Shown here piece by piece: positions 27,247 through 37,934 of a stretch of DNA of 51,312 nt. The notes under the pieces are model-generated. The model made no database searches and was not told the origin of the DNA. It saw nothing but the letters and a program-made list of their open reading frames with translations. The first letter of the stretch is position 1, and each line of letters begins with the position of its first letter. The translations under genes and the position numbers were made by a program. The DNA is from an uncultured Terrabacter sp. (lineage in GTDB: Bacteria > Actinomycetota > Actinomycetes > Actinomycetales > Dermatophilaceae): positions 1 to 51,312 of the forward strand of contig CBHRRQ010000001.1 of the NCBI GenBank assembly GCA_966081555.1, in the 5' to 3' direction.

Positions 27247-28317
27247 ATGAGCGCAGTGGCAAGCGATGCGATCGACGTGCAGGAGCCGATCGCTGTACAG
27301 CTCTTGGGCGGTGTGAGCGTTCGCGTGGACGACCGGGAGCTCGGCCCCCGGGACATCGGCGGCACGAAGGTCCGTCACCTGCTCCTCGCGCTGCTCTTCG
27401 CCGACGGCATGCCCGTCGCAAAGGACGAGCTCATCTCGATGCTCTGGCCCGGCGAGCGCGGATCCGCCTGTGGCGCAACGCTGGAGACGTACATCTGCCA
27501 GCTGCGCAAGCGGCTACGTCCGGCAGGTGCCCCTCGATGGAGCCCCATCGAGACCGGGGCCGGCTGCTACCGGCTCGACGCCGACGTCGTCGACCTCGAC
27601 CTGCACCGCCAGCGTCGCGTCGTGGAGCGCGCCCTGCACCAGGTGGACCTCGACGCCGCGACCCTGCAGCTGCGGTCGGCCCTCTCGCAGCTCGTGCGCC
27701 CGTTCCTCCCCGGGGAGGGCGACGCAGCATGGCTCGAGGACGCCCGGTGGCGCCACGGGTGCCAGGTGCGTGCGTGGCTCGTCGCCGCCGCCGAGAAGGT
27801 CGTCGACGTCGCGCCCGGCGATGCCGCCACGTGGGCCCGGGCAGCGATCGACCTCGACCCGCTCGACGAGAGCGCCTGGTGGGTCCTGCTGCGCAGCTCC
27901 GAGGTGCAGGGACGGCACGCGGACGGTCTGCGCTCCTACGAGCAGTGCCGCCGGCACCTCGCCGCCGAGCTCGGCTGCCAGCCCGGCCCGCGGCTGCAGG
28001 AGATCTACACCCGACTGCTGGGCGGACCGTCCGAGTCGGCCCCCGACCTGGCCCAGCTCATCGAGTCGGTCATCTGCCTCTACGTCACCATCACGGGCGA
28101 GCCGGCGACCCCCGTCGCCGGCCCACCCCTGCCCCCCGGAGGCGGTCCGTCCGGCGAGGACGCCCGGCGCACCATCGATGCCCAGCTGCGGGGGCTCTCC
28201 CGCACCGACACCGTGACCACGGGCAGCACCGCGCGCGCCCGGCACCTCACCCGTGGACGCCGACCGGCGCCTTCTGTCACCAACTCACAACTCCACACAG
28301 CAGTACTCACGAGATAG
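27247..28317 (+). CDS. SARP/AfsR-type transcriptional activator (winged HTH + BTAD, no ATPase)
   Basis: VQLLGGVSV, LISMLWP...LETYICQLRKRL, DPLDESAW, YEQCRRHLAAELGCQPGP. Confidence 0.9.
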   Translation: MSAVASDAIDVQEPIAVQLLGGVSVRVDDRELGPRDIGGTKVRHLLLALLFADGMPVAKDELISMLWPGERGSACGATLETYICQLRKRLRPAGAPRWSPIETGAGCYRLDADVVDLDLHRQRRVVERALHQVDLDAATLQLRSALSQLVRPFLPGEGDAAWLEDARWRHGCQVRAWLVAAAEKVVDVAPGDAATWARAAIDLDPLDESAWWVLLRSSEVQGRHADGLRSYEQCRRHLAAELGCQPGPRLQEIYTRLLGGPSESAPDLAQLIESVICLYVTITGEPATPVAGPPLPPGGGPSGEDARRTIDAQLRGLSRTDTVTTGSTARARHLTRGRRPAPSVTNSQLHTAVLTR

Positions 28318-28324
28318 GGATGCC

Positions 28325-31300
28325 ATGAACTGGATCACAGGCAGGTCGCCCGGAGTGCCGAAAACGCGGTCCCTCTGGGGCCTGCGTCGACATGAAAGTG
28401 CCGCGTGGCATCCGAGGATGACCCGGCGCTTCAGGCGCGTGGCCGCTGGAACGGCGATTGCCATTCCCGTGGCGATGCTCGTCCCGTCGACCGCACTGAT
28501 GGCGCAAGCCGCTGTTGCACCCGTCGGGGAGGGCTTCACGGTGTCGCCGGCGGACCTGGCGTACATCCTCAAGCAGATCAAGATCTCCGAGAGGCACGCG
28601 GCAACGCTGTCACCCGCGCACCCGTGCGACACGCTCATCGGCACGGGGCCCGATCAGATCCCCAGTCCGCTGGTCTCCTACGGTCTGCGTACCGTCGACG
28701 GCTCGTGCAACAACCTGCAGCCGGGCCAGGAGACGTTCGGCGCCGCGGACCAGAAGTTCCCGCGCCTCGCCACACCGGTGTTCAAGGCGGCGGAGAACTC
28801 ACCCGCCGGCTTCGGCCCGACGGTGTCGTCCACGTACGCGCAGAAGAAGGGGAACGTCTTCGACTCTGAGCCCCGTGTGATCAGCAACCTGATCGTCGAC
28901 CAGACGTCGACCAACCCGGCCGCCGTCGCCGCGGCCGGCAACCCGGTTCGGACGCAGGGGAACACGGGTGTCGTCCCGTGCACGACCGACCCCGACCCCA
29001 CCACCGGCGCCGCAGGGGTACCGGCCGGCTGCGTGCCGTCCCACACCACCTTGTTCATCCCGAACGTCACGACGGACGTCGGGCTGTCCCCGCCCTACAA
29101 CTCGATGTTCACGCTGTTCGGACAGTTCTTCGACCACGGCGTCGACCAGACGGTCAAGGGCGGCGGCACGGTCTTCGTCCCGCTCCGCGCTGACGACCCG
29201 CTGCGCACCCTCGGCCCGGACGGCAAGGCCGGCACCGGCGACGAGGTGCCCGCCAGCCAGGCCTTCATGGTGCTGACCCGGGGGCAGAACCAGCCCGGAC
29301 AAGACGGCATCCTGGGAGACAACCCGGCCACGCCTGCCGATGAGAGCTTGGACGACGTCCAGGACGCCAACAACACGGACTCGCCCTGGGTCGACCAGAG
29401 CCAGACCTACACCTCGCACGCCTCGCACCAGGTCTTCCTGCGCGAGTACGTCAACAACGCTGCCGGCAGGCCCGTCTCGACGGGCAAGCTGCTCGGCGGA
29501 CCCGCCGGACCCACCGCGGGCGGCATGGCGACCTGGGCCACCACCAAGGCCCAGGCCTCGGCGCTGCTCGGTATCCAGCTGCTGGACAAGGACGTCCTGA
29601 ACGTCCCCATGCTGGCCGCAGACCCCTACGGCAAGTTCATCCCGGGCCCGGCCCGCGGACTTCCGCAGTTCGTCACGTCCACCGGACTGGTGGAGGCGAA
29701 CCGCGCCGACAACGGGGGAGCCGGCACGCTGGTCCCGGCGAACGTCCGGTACTTCGACACTCCGTTCCTGACGGACATCGCGCACAACGCCGACCCGTCC
29801 CCGCAGGACACCGACCGCAACCCGGCGACACCGCCGGTGGCGCCCACACCGGATCCCGACACGACGGCTTCGGCCGACTTCGCGAGCCAGGCACCGGGGA
29901 CCTACGACGACGAGATGCTCAACGCGCACTTCATCGCCGGTGACGGCCGCGTCAACGAGAACATCGGTCTGACCGCGATCCACCAGATCTTCCACTCGGA
30001 GCACGACCGGCTCGTCGGCGATGACACCAACCCGGCTGTCGGCAGCATCAAGAACGTCCTGCTGAACGACACGACGCCGAGCGGGGTGGCTGCACTGGCC
30101 GAATGGAGACTGGCAGCAGGCGCCAACGGCTGGAACGGTGAGCGCCTCTTCCAGGCCGCCCGGTTCATCACCGAGATGGAGTACCAGCACCTGGTGTTCG
30201 AGGAGTTCGCGCGCAAGGTCCAGCCCGCGATCAACCCCTTCCAGCCGTTCGCCTTCACCCAGACCGAGCTCAACCCGGCCGTCAAGGCCGAGTTCGCCCA
30301 CGCGGTGTACCGCTTCGGCCACTCCATGCTGACCGACACGATCTCTCGCCGCAACGAGGACGGCGTCGGCCCCGATGGCGTCTTCGGCACCTCCGATGAC
30401 ACCAAGGGCAGCCAGAACGACATCTCGCTGCTCGACGGCTTCCTCAACCCGCCGGAGTACACGAACGGCGGTCCCGCGGGCCCGCTGACCTCGGAAGAGG
30501 CTGCCGGCAGCATCATCATGGGGATGTCGGACCAGGTGGGCAACGAGCTCGACGAGTTCGTGACGGAGACGCTGCGGAACAACCTGCTGGGACTGCCGCT
30601 CGACCTGGCCACCATCAACATGGCCCGGGCGCGCTCCGAGGGGATCCCCCGGCTGAACGTCCTGCGTCGAGAGCTGTTCAACTCGACGAACGACGGCCAG
30701 CTGCAGCCCTACGTGAACTGGGTCGACTTCGGCGAGAACCTGAAGCACCCGGAGTCGCTCGTGAACTTCGTGGCGGCCTACGGCCTGCACCCGACGATCA
30801 CGGCGGCCACGACCGTGGCGGCCAAGCGGGAGGCTGCACGCCTCATCGTCAGCCCCACCACGGGCGAGGTCCCGCCGGCTGACGCGGCCGCGTTCATGAC
30901 GAGCACGGGCGCGTGGGCCAATGCCGGGACGAGCTCGATCACCGGCCTGGACAACGTCGACCTGTGGGTCGGTGGCCTGGCCGAGAGGACCAACCTCTTC
31001 GGTGGCCTGCTGGGCAGCACGTTCAACTACGTGTTCGAGAAGCAGCTGACGGACCTGCAGAACGGTGACCGCCTCTACTACCTGGCACGCACGCCGGGAA
31101 TGAACCTCCGGGCGCAGCTCGAAGGGAACTCCTTCGCCGAGCTCATCATGCGCAACACCAACGCGCACAGCCTGAAGGCCGATGCGTTCGCCACTGCGGA
31201 CTGCAAGTTCGAGCTCAAGAACCTCGCGGGCACGGCCGCCGGCTTCGCAGCGTCCGGTGGAACCGTGGCGGACGACCCGAGCTCGGACTGCAGCGAGACG

Positions 31301-34267
31301 GACCTGCTGATCCGCATGCCTGACGGCACGATCAAGTACCGCGCCCGGAACACCGTCGACCCGGCCGGCATCAACGGCCAGAGCGTCTACAACGGCACGG
31401 CCGGCGTCGACCGCATCTACGGCGGCAACGACAACGACACGTTCTGGGGCGGGGTCGGCAACGACATCATCGAAGGCGGTGACGGAGCCGACGTCGCGTT
31501 GGGCGGCGAGGGCAACGACATCATCACCGACCTCGCGGGTGACGACGTGCCCAAGGGCGGCCCCGGCAACGACGCCATCGACGCCGGACCCGGCCTGGAC
31601 ATCGTCATGGGCGGGGACGGCAACGACTTCACCAACGGCGGCGCCAACATCAACGAGACGTTCGCCGGGTCAGGCGACGACTTCGTCATCGCCGGGCAGG
31701 GCGAGGACGCCGTGTTCGGTGACAGTGGGGACGACTGGGAAGAGGGCGGCGACCAGCCCGACCTCCTGCAGGGAGACAGCGGAAACCTGTTCTTCCTGGA
31801 TGACTCCCAGAAGCCCGGGCACGATGTCCTGATCGGCCAGGGCGGCGACGACGACTACGACATGGAGGGCGGCGACGACATCGGTGTCGCCGGGCCCGGC
31901 ATCGAGAAGGTCGCCGGAGCCTCCGGCTACGACTGGGAGATCGGCCAGAGCGACCCGCAGCCGCAGGACGCTGACCTGGCCCTCCCGATCCTGCCGCTGG
32001 ACATCCTGCAGGTCGGCGTCCGAGACAAGTTCAACGAGGTCGAGGCGCTCTCCGGCGCCAACCTCGATGACAAGCTCCGCGGCGACGACATCGTGCCCAG
32101 CCAGCGCGGCGGGGGCGGGTTCATCGGATGTGACGTTCTGGACCAGAACGGTGTCAACCGCATCGTCGGCCTCAACCGGCTGCTGCCCGCTCTTGCGACG
32201 CCGCTCGCCGACGTGATTGCCGCCTCGGCCTCCAAGGACTGCCCGGTCCTCAGCGGCACGAACGTCTGGGGCGACGGCAACATCCTCCTCGGAGGTGCCG
32301 GCAACGACACCATCGAGGGACGTGGCGCCGACGACATCATCGACGGCGACAAGGCCCTCTCGGTGCGGATCAGCGTCCGCAACACCGCGGGTACCGAGCT
32401 CGGTTCCACCGACCTCATGGAGAACACCGCCAAGTCCGGCACCTTCGGTCCGGGCACTGCAGGGATGACCCTGCAGCAGGCGGTCTTCGCCGGACTCGTC
32501 GACCCGGGCAACCTGGTCACCGTGCGCGAGGTCACTGCGGGCACGGCTGCGGCCGACTGCTCCGACACGACGCCGGCTCCGACGGCCACCTCGGTCAACT
32601 GTGACACTGCAGTCTTCAGCGGTCCGCTGTCGAACTACAGCATCACCTCCGTCGCCGCCTCCGGCACGACGCTCGCGAGCATCCGGGTCACACAGACCGG
32701 TGCGGACGTCGTCGGACAGAAGGTCAGCGACGGTGTCGACACCCTGCGCAACATCGAGCTGCTGAAGTTCTCGGACCAGACGGCGCCGCTCACGGTCCCG
32801 AACGCTCCGACGAACGTCACGGCCACGGCTAGCGCAGGCGCCACGACCACCGGTACCGCCACGGTCAACTGGACGGCTCCGGCCGCCACGGCCTCGCCGA
32901 TCACCAGCTTCACGGTGGTCGTGCGCAACGGTGCCACCGTGGTCCAGACCATCACCGGCATCCCCGCGACGGCGACGAGCCGCACGGTCACCGGCCTGGT
33001 CAACGGCACCACCGTCACCCTGTCGGTGAGCGCGGTCACCGCGCTCGGCAACGGCCCCGAGGGCACCTCGAACGCAGTCACCCCGCGGGGTCTCCCGGGG
33101 GCACCCACGGGCGTCGTGGCCACCGCCGGCAACGCGCAGGCGACGGTCAACTGGGTCGCACCGGCAAGTGACGGTGGCTCGGCGATCACGAGCTACACGG
33201 TCGTCGTCCGTCGGGGCACCACGGTCCTGAGCACCAACACGGTCGCCGCGAACCTGCGGACCTTCACGGCCACGGGGCTCCTCAACGGGTCGGCGCACAC
33301 GTTCACGGTCAGCGCCGTGAACACGTTCGGTCCCTCGACGGCAGTGACCTCGAACACGGTCACACCCGTCGGTGGCGTGCCCGGCGCACCTCGGACCGTG
33401 ACCGCCACGGCCACCTCCGGTGCGACGACCACGGGCGCGGCGACGATCAGCTGGGTGGCGCCGCTGCCCAACGGCAGCGCCCCGATCACGAGCTACACGG
33501 TCGTGATCCGGGTCGGCACCACCGTGGTGCGCACGGTCACGGGCATCGCCCCGACGGCCACGAGCAGCACGCAGACCGGGCTGTCGAACGGCACGACCTA
33601 CACGCTGTCGGTCAACGCGGTCAACGCGGCCGGTGCCGGACCTGCGGTCGCCGCCGCGCCCGTCACCCCGCGCGGCCTGCCCGGCACGCCTACCGGTGTG
33701 ACGGCCACTCCGGGACCGAACGTGGTCACGGTGAGGTGGGTCGCTCCGAGCAACGGTGGGTCGGCGATCCTGCGGTACGAGATCGTGATCACGCGCAACA
33801 ACGGCACGGTCAACGTCGGCACCGTCACGGCTGCACCGACTGCCACGTCGTTCGCCGTCACGGGGATCTCGAACGGGTTGCTGTACACCTTCCGAGTCCG
33901 GGCGGTCAACGCCCTCGGGGCGGGCGCTCTGTCGACGGCGGTCTCGGCGACTCCGCGAACGGTGCCCGGTGCCCCGGTCATCGGGACCGCAGTCTCCGGC
34001 GCTGCAGGTGGTGCCATCACGGCCACCGCGAACTGGACGGCTCCGGCCTCCACGGGCGGTTCACCGATCACCGGCTACCGGGTGTCCGCACTCCGCATGT
34101 CGGCCGCCGGTGCTGTGCTCGCCACCACGGTGATCAACGTCGGACCGACCGTCCGCACCGTGTCGCCGACCCTGGTCGCCGGCAACTACCGGTTCAGTGT
34201 CCAGGCGGTCAACGTGGCCGGCGCGAGCGCTTCGTCCGCGAGGTCGAACCTCGTGACGGCGCGGTGA
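28325..34267 (+). CDS. large secreted animal-type heme peroxidase with Ca-binding RTX-like repeats and five FN3 domains
   Basis: GLRTVDGSCNNL, FGQFFDHG (distal His), GDGRVNEN, YRFGHSM (proximal His), VDLWVGGLAE, GDRLYY; GGxGND repeats at about 31390-32350; FN3 repeats at about 32795-34264; alternative start 28418. Confidence 0.93.
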   Translation: MNWITGRSPGVPKTRSLWGLRRHESAAWHPRMTRRFRRVAAGTAIAIPVAMLVPSTALMAQAAVAPVGEGFTVSPADLAYILKQIKISERHAATLSPAHPCDTLIGTGPDQIPSPLVSYGLRTVDGSCNNLQPGQETFGAADQKFPRLATPVFKAAENSPAGFGPTVSSTYAQKKGNVFDSEPRVISNLIVDQTSTNPAAVAAAGNPVRTQGNTGVVPCTTDPDPTTGAAGVPAGCVPSHTTLFIPNVTTDVGLSPPYNSMFTLFGQFFDHGVDQTVKGGGTVFVPLRADDPLRTLGPDGKAGTGDEVPASQAFMVLTRGQNQPGQDGILGDNPATPADESLDDVQDANNTDSPWVDQSQTYTSHASHQVFLREYVNNAAGRPVSTGKLLGGPAGPTAGGMATWATTKAQASALLGIQLLDKDVLNVPMLAADPYGKFIPGPARGLPQFVTSTGLVEANRADNGGAGTLVPANVRYFDTPFLTDIAHNADPSPQDTDRNPATPPVAPTPDPDTTASADFASQAPGTYDDEMLNAHFIAGDGRVNENIGLTAIHQIFHSEHDRLVGDDTNPAVGSIKNVLLNDTTPSGVAALAEWRLAAGANGWNGERLFQAARFITEMEYQHLVFEEFARKVQPAINPFQPFAFTQTELNPAVKAEFAHAVYRFGHSMLTDTISRRNEDGVGPDGVFGTSDDTKGSQNDISLLDGFLNPPEYTNGGPAGPLTSEEAAGSIIMGMSDQVGNELDEFVTETLRNNLLGLPLDLATINMARARSEGIPRLNVLRRELFNSTNDGQLQPYVNWVDFGENLKHPESLVNFVAAYGLHPTITAATTVAAKREAARLIVSPTTGEVPPADAAAFMTSTGAWANAGTSSITGLDNVDLWVGGLAERTNLFGGLLGSTFNYVFEKQLTDLQNGDRLYYLARTPGMNLRAQLEGNSFAELIMRNTNAHSLKADAFATADCKFELKNLAGTAAGFAASGGTVADDPSSDCSETDLLIRMPDGTIKYRARNTVDPAGINGQSVYNGTAGVDRIYGGNDNDTFWGGVGNDIIEGGDGADVALGGEGNDIITDLAGDDVPKGGPGNDAIDAGPGLDIVMGGDGNDFTNGGANINETFAGSGDDFVIAGQGEDAVFGDSGDDWEEGGDQPDLLQGDSGNLFFLDDSQKPGHDVLIGQGGDDDYDMEGGDDIGVAGPGIEKVAGASGYDWEIGQSDPQPQDADLALPILPLDILQVGVRDKFNEVEALSGANLDDKLRGDDIVPSQRGGGGFIGCDVLDQNGVNRIVGLNRLLPALATPLADVIAASASKDCPVLSGTNVWGDGNILLGGAGNDTIEGRGADDIIDGDKALSVRISVRNTAGTELGSTDLMENTAKSGTFGPGTAGMTLQQAVFAGLVDPGNLVTVREVTAGTAAADCSDTTPAPTATSVNCDTAVFSGPLSNYSITSVAASGTTLASIRVTQTGADVVGQKVSDGVDTLRNIELLKFSDQTAPLTVPNAPTNVTATASAGATTTGTATVNWTAPAATASPITSFTVVVRNGATVVQTITGIPATATSRTVTGLVNGTTVTLSVSAVTALGNGPEGTSNAVTPRGLPGAPTGVVATAGNAQATVNWVAPASDGGSAITSYTVVVRRGTTVLSTNTVAANLRTFTATGLLNGSAHTFTVSAVNTFGPSTAVTSNTVTPVGGVPGAPRTVTATATSGATTTGAATISWVAPLPNGSAPITSYTVVIRVGTTVVRTVTGIAPTATSSTQTGLSNGTTYTLSVNAVNAAGAGPAVAAAPVTPRGLPGTPTGVTATPGPNVVTVRWVAPSNGGSAILRYEIVITRNNGTVNVGTVTAAPTATSFAVTGISNGLLYTFRVRAVNALGAGALSTAVSATPRTVPGAPVIGTAVSGAAGGAITATANWTAPASTGGSPITGYRVSALRMSAAGAVLATTVINVGPTVRTVSPTLVAGNYRFSVQAVNVAGASASSARSNLVTAR

Positions 34268-34341
34268 GCCGGGTGGGGGACCTGCCCCGGTAGGGCCCCC
34301 ACCACCGACACGTCACAGAGGTGCCCCGGGTCTTCGGGCCG

Positions 34342-34359
34342 CCCCCCCCCCCCCCCCCC
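34342..34359. repeat. C18 homopolymer inside a probable terminator hairpin
   Basis: Flanked by GAGGTGCCCCGGG (34318-34330) and the near-complementary CCCGGGGCCCACCTC (34385-34399); lies between convergent genes. Confidence 0.7.
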
Positions 34360-34495
34360 GCCCCCGCGGGCCCCGGGCCCGCCCCCCGGGGCCCACCTCC
34401 GTGATCCAGCACGTCGGGACCCGGACGTATGCCGCCGGCCGAGGATCGCGTGTGCCGTCGGCCGGCGTGCCACGGATCGGTTGCAGCCGAGCCCG

Positions 34496-36082
34496 TCACG
34501 CGGGTCGGCTGGACCGGACCGTCGAGCTGTCGATGAGGAGTGCGTCACCGTCGCGCACGAGCGTGTAGGAGGTGACCTCCTCGACGCGACGGCCGTCGGC
34601 GAAGTCGTAGCGCACGGTCGCGGTGACCGAGTCGGGTGCGGTGCCCCTGACCTGGTGGGTGCTCACCTTGTCGACGGACTTCCAGAAGGCCTCGTACGTC
34701 TCGCGGTTCGTCGCCGTGGTCTCCTGGTAGTGGGCCGAGAGCCGCTGCCAGCCGGCGTCGCGGTTGCCGGGCAGCAGTGCGTAGTAGTCGCGTATCGCCC
34801 GCTCCAGGTCCTGCGAGCCGACCGTCGCGGGGGCGGACGTGGTGGTGCTCTTGGTGGGCCGCTGTGCGGGAGTGGTCGGGGTGGCCGCGCTGCTCGTCGG
34901 GGGTGAGCTGCTGCGGGAGGGGGAGGCCTTCGACGTGGTGGTCGAGGCAGAGGCGGGCGGCGCGGCGGTGCCGCCCGGCGCGCTGCTGTTGCGCGAGACG
35001 AGGAAGGCGATGAGCCCGGCCGCCAGCAGGAGGAGGAGCAGGGTGGCCGGCAGCCAGGACCGGGAGCGTCGCGGGCCCAGGGGATGTCCGGTGGCTCCCT
35101 CGCGCGGGCTCGCGGGCCGGTCAGGGGGCGGCGCGCCCACCGCACGAGGCGATTCGATCTGCTCGGGAACCGGCGCCGGCGTGGACCGCGTCGTGTCGGC
35201 AGGGGCCGCCACGGGCAGCACGCGAGTGTGTGCCGGCGCGGCGTCGAAGGCGACGGTGCTCCCTGCGGCGACGTCGGCCAGCGCGCGCGCCACCTCGCTC
35301 ATCGAGGGCCGTGCCGCAGGGTCGGCGTCGAGCATCCTCAGCAGCACGGGCGACAGCGCGCTCGCCCTGGGCTCCGAGACCGTGCCCGATGCGACGCGGT
35401 GCAGCAGGGCCATCGCGTTGTCGGCCTGGCCGAAGGGAGGCGTGCCCTCGAGCGCCGCGAAGAGGGTCGACCCGAGGGAGAACACGTCGGAGGCCGGGCT
35501 CGACGGGGTGCCGCGGGCGACCTCGGGCGCGAGGTAGGCGGGGGTCCCCGTCACGAGCCCGGTCGACGTCAGTGACGCGTCACCGAGAGCGTGCGAGATG
35601 CCGAAGTCGGTGATCCGCGCCGTTCCGTCGTCGCCGACGAGGATGTTGCCCGGCTTGACGTCACGGTGCACGATGCCCGCGTCGTGTGCGGCGGCGAGGC
35701 CGGCCGCCACCTCGCTGCCGAGCCGGGCGACCTCTTGGACCGGGAGCGTGCCGGTCTCGGCCAGCACGTCCTGGAGGCTGCGCGAGGGCAGGAACTGCAT
35801 GACGAGGCACGGTCGGCCCTCGTGGTCGACGACGTCGAAGACCGGGACGGCGTTGGGGTGCTGGAGGCGTGCCGTGATGCGCGCCTCGCGCATGGCCCGC
35901 CGTCGCGCCATGTCGGCCTCGGCCTCGGGCAGGCCGACGGGCGAGTGCAGCAGCTTGACGGCCACGGTGCGGCCGAGCCGTTCGTCGCGCCCGCGCCAGA
36001 CGTGTCCCATGCCGCCGGCGCCGATGCGCTCGAGCAGGCGGTACCGACTTGCGATGAGCAGGTCAGGCTGCTCCGTCACCAC
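34496..36082 (-). CDS. Hanks-type Ser/Thr protein kinase with TM and extracellular domain
   Basis: IGAGGMG, VAVK, HRDVKPGN, DFG, GTPAYLAPE; TM WLPATLLLLLLAAGLIAFLV. Confidence 0.95.
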   Translation of the reverse strand: MVTEQPDLLIASRYRLLERIGAGGMGHVWRGRDERLGRTVAVKLLHSPVGLPEAEADMARRRAMREARITARLQHPNAVPVFDVVDHEGRPCLVMQFLPSRSLQDVLAETGTLPVQEVARLGSEVAAGLAAAHDAGIVHRDVKPGNILVGDDGTARITDFGISHALGDASLTSTGLVTGTPAYLAPEVARGTPSSPASDVFSLGSTLFAALEGTPPFGQADNAMALLHRVASGTVSEPRASALSPVLLRMLDADPAARPSMSEVARALADVAAGSTVAFDAAPAHTRVLPVAAPADTTRSTPAPVPEQIESPRAVGAPPPDRPASPREGATGHPLGPRRSRSWLPATLLLLLLAAGLIAFLVSRNSSAPGGTAAPPASASTTTSKASPSRSSSPPTSSAATPTTPAQRPTKSTTTSAPATVGSQDLERAIRDYYALLPGNRDAGWQRLSAHYQETTATNRETYEAFWKSVDKVSTHQVRGTAPDSVTATVRYDFADGRRVEEVTSYTLVRDGDALLIDSSTVRSSRPA

Positions 36083-36126
36083 GCCCTCCTGCCGGTATGT
36101 CGTACGTGCCAGGGTCTGCCTGTCGC

Positions 36127-36885
36127 TCAGGCCAGGTCGACGGCGAGGTGCGCGGCCCCGATGATGCCGGCCTGGTTGCGCAGCTGGGCCGGCACGATCG
36201 GGCAGCGGGTCTTCAGCTTCGGGATGAACTCGTCGCCGTCCTTGCTGATGCCGCCGCCCACGACGATGAGGTCGGGGGAGAAGAGCTTCTCGATCGTGTC
36301 GTAGTAGACCTGCAGCCGCTCGACGTACTCGTCCCAGGAGAGGCCCTCGATGTCCTTGCGGGACGAGGCCGCTCGGTCCTCGGCGTCATAGCCGTCGATC
36401 TCGAGGTGACCGAGCTCGGAGTTCGGCACCAGCCGTCCGTCGTGGATGAGGGCGGAGCCGATGCCGGTGCCGAGCGTGGTGAGGATGACGAGCCCCTGCA
36501 CGCCCTTGGCGGCGCCGTAGTACATCTCGGCGAGGCCTGCCGCATCCGCGTCGTTGAGCACGGTGACGGCTCGGCCGGTGTGCTCCTGGATGAGCGCCTC
36601 GGCGTCGGTGTCGATCCACGTCGGGTCGATGTTGGCCGCCGACAGCACCGTGCCGCGGATCACGACCGCAGGGATGGTGACGCCGATGGGGGAGTCGCCC
36701 GTCACGTCGGCGAAGTGGTCGACGATCTCGTCGACGACCTCGGCCACGGCGTCGGGGGTGGCCGGCTGCGGGGTGTCGATGCGCAGCCGCTTGCCGGCGA
36801 GCTCGCCCTTCTTGAGGTCGACGGGTGCGCCCTTGATGCCGCTGCCGCCGATGTCGATGCCGAGGGGCGTGCCCTTCTTGGCCAT
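36127..36885 (-). CDS. ppgK: polyphosphate glucokinase (ROK family)
   Basis: [43 protein letters not shown]. Confidence 0.93.
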   Translation of the reverse strand: MAKKGTPLGIDIGGSGIKGAPVDLKKGELAGKRLRIDTPQPATPDAVAEVVDEIVDHFADVTGDSPIGVTIPAVVIRGTVLSAANIDPTWIDTDAEALIQEHTGRAVTVLNDADAAGLAEMYYGAAKGVQGLVILTTLGTGIGSALIHDGRLVPNSELGHLEIDGYDAEDRAASSRKDIEGLSWDEYVERLQVYYDTIEKLFSPDLIVVGGGISKDGDEFIPKLKTRCPIVPAQLRNQAGIIGAAHLAVDLA

Positions 36886-36944
36886 GGTCCCTGCTTCCTT
36901 GTCGAGGACTTCGTGGTCGATGGGTCGTGCGAGTGCGAGCCCGC

Positions 36945-37823
36945 CTACGGCTGGGCGCCGTCGGCGAGCGTGAGGATCTCGTTGCCGTCCTCGGTGATGA
37001 GGATCGTGTGCTCGAACTGTGCCGAGCGGGAGCCGTCGCGGGTGACGACCGTCCACCTGTCGTCCCACATGTCCCACTCGTGCGTGCCGAGGTTGAGCAT
37101 CGGCTCGATGGTGAAGGTCATGCCGGGCTCGATGACGGTGTCGTAGTGGGGCGCCGCGTCGTAGTGCGGGACGATGAGCCCCGAGTGGAACTCGAGCCCG
37201 ATGCCGTGGCCGGTGAAGTCGCGCACGACCCCGTAGCCGAAGCGCTTGGCGTAGCTCTCGATGACGCGGCCGATGACGTTGAGCTGGCGCCCGGGACGGG
37301 CGGCGCGGATGCCGCGCATCATCGCCTCGTGCGTGCGCTCGACGAGCAGGCGCGACTCCTCGTCGACGTCGCCGACGAGGTAGGTGGCGTCGGTGTCGCC
37401 GTGCACCCCGTCGATGTATGCCGTCACGTCGATGTTGACGATGTCGCCGTCCTCGAGGGGCCGCGAGTCGGGGATGCCGTGGCAGATCACCTCGTTGACG
37501 CTCGTGCACACCGACTTCGGGAACGCCTTGTAGCCCAGCGGGGACGGGTAGGCGCCGTGGTCGAGCATGTACGCGTGGGCGATGGCGTCGAGCTCGTCGG
37601 TGGTCACCCCCGGAGCGATCGCCCTGGACGCCTCGACCATCGCGTTGGCGGCGATGCGCCCGGCCACCCGCATCTTCTCCACGAGCTCGGCGTCCTTGAC
37701 GTGCACGTCGCCGTCCTCGCGTGGGTTGACCACGTCGACGTAGTGCGGACGCTCGATCGCTGCCGGCACGGCCCGGCGCGGACTGACGGCGTGCGGGGAC
37801 ACCCGCGGGTGGAGCAACGGCAT
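36945..37823 (-). CDS. map: type I methionine aminopeptidase
   Basis: [47 protein letters not shown]. Confidence 0.96.
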   Translation of the reverse strand: MPLLHPRVSPHAVSPRRAVPAAIERPHYVDVVNPREDGDVHVKDAELVEKMRVAGRIAANAMVEASRAIAPGVTTDELDAIAHAYMLDHGAYPSPLGYKAFPKSVCTSVNEVICHGIPDSRPLEDGDIVNIDVTAYIDGVHGDTDATYLVGDVDEESRLLVERTHEAMMRGIRAARPGRQLNVIGRVIESYAKRFGYGVVRDFTGHGIGLEFHSGLIVPHYDAAPHYDTVIEPGMTFTIEPMLNLGTHEWDMWDDRWTVVTRDGSRSAQFEHTILITEDGNEILTLADGAQP

Positions 37824-37934
37824 ACGGTGGAGTCTAGGTCGTTCGCGGACGGCGTCCACGACGGGCGCCCACGAGGCGGACCCCTCGTCCGGCCACCGTC
37901 CGTGACGAGATCCTCGAGGAGAAGGAGTGCGCAC

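Noticed and set aside
27247-28317. SARP as a marker of a secondary-metabolite gene cluster
   Set aside because: No PKS, NRPS, RiPP-modifying or terpene genes in the window
26745-34495. Mobile element or genomic island carrying the peroxidase
   Set aside because: No integrase, transposase, tRNA or flanking direct repeats seen; only the absence of the octamer and an AT-rich leader hint at accessory origin
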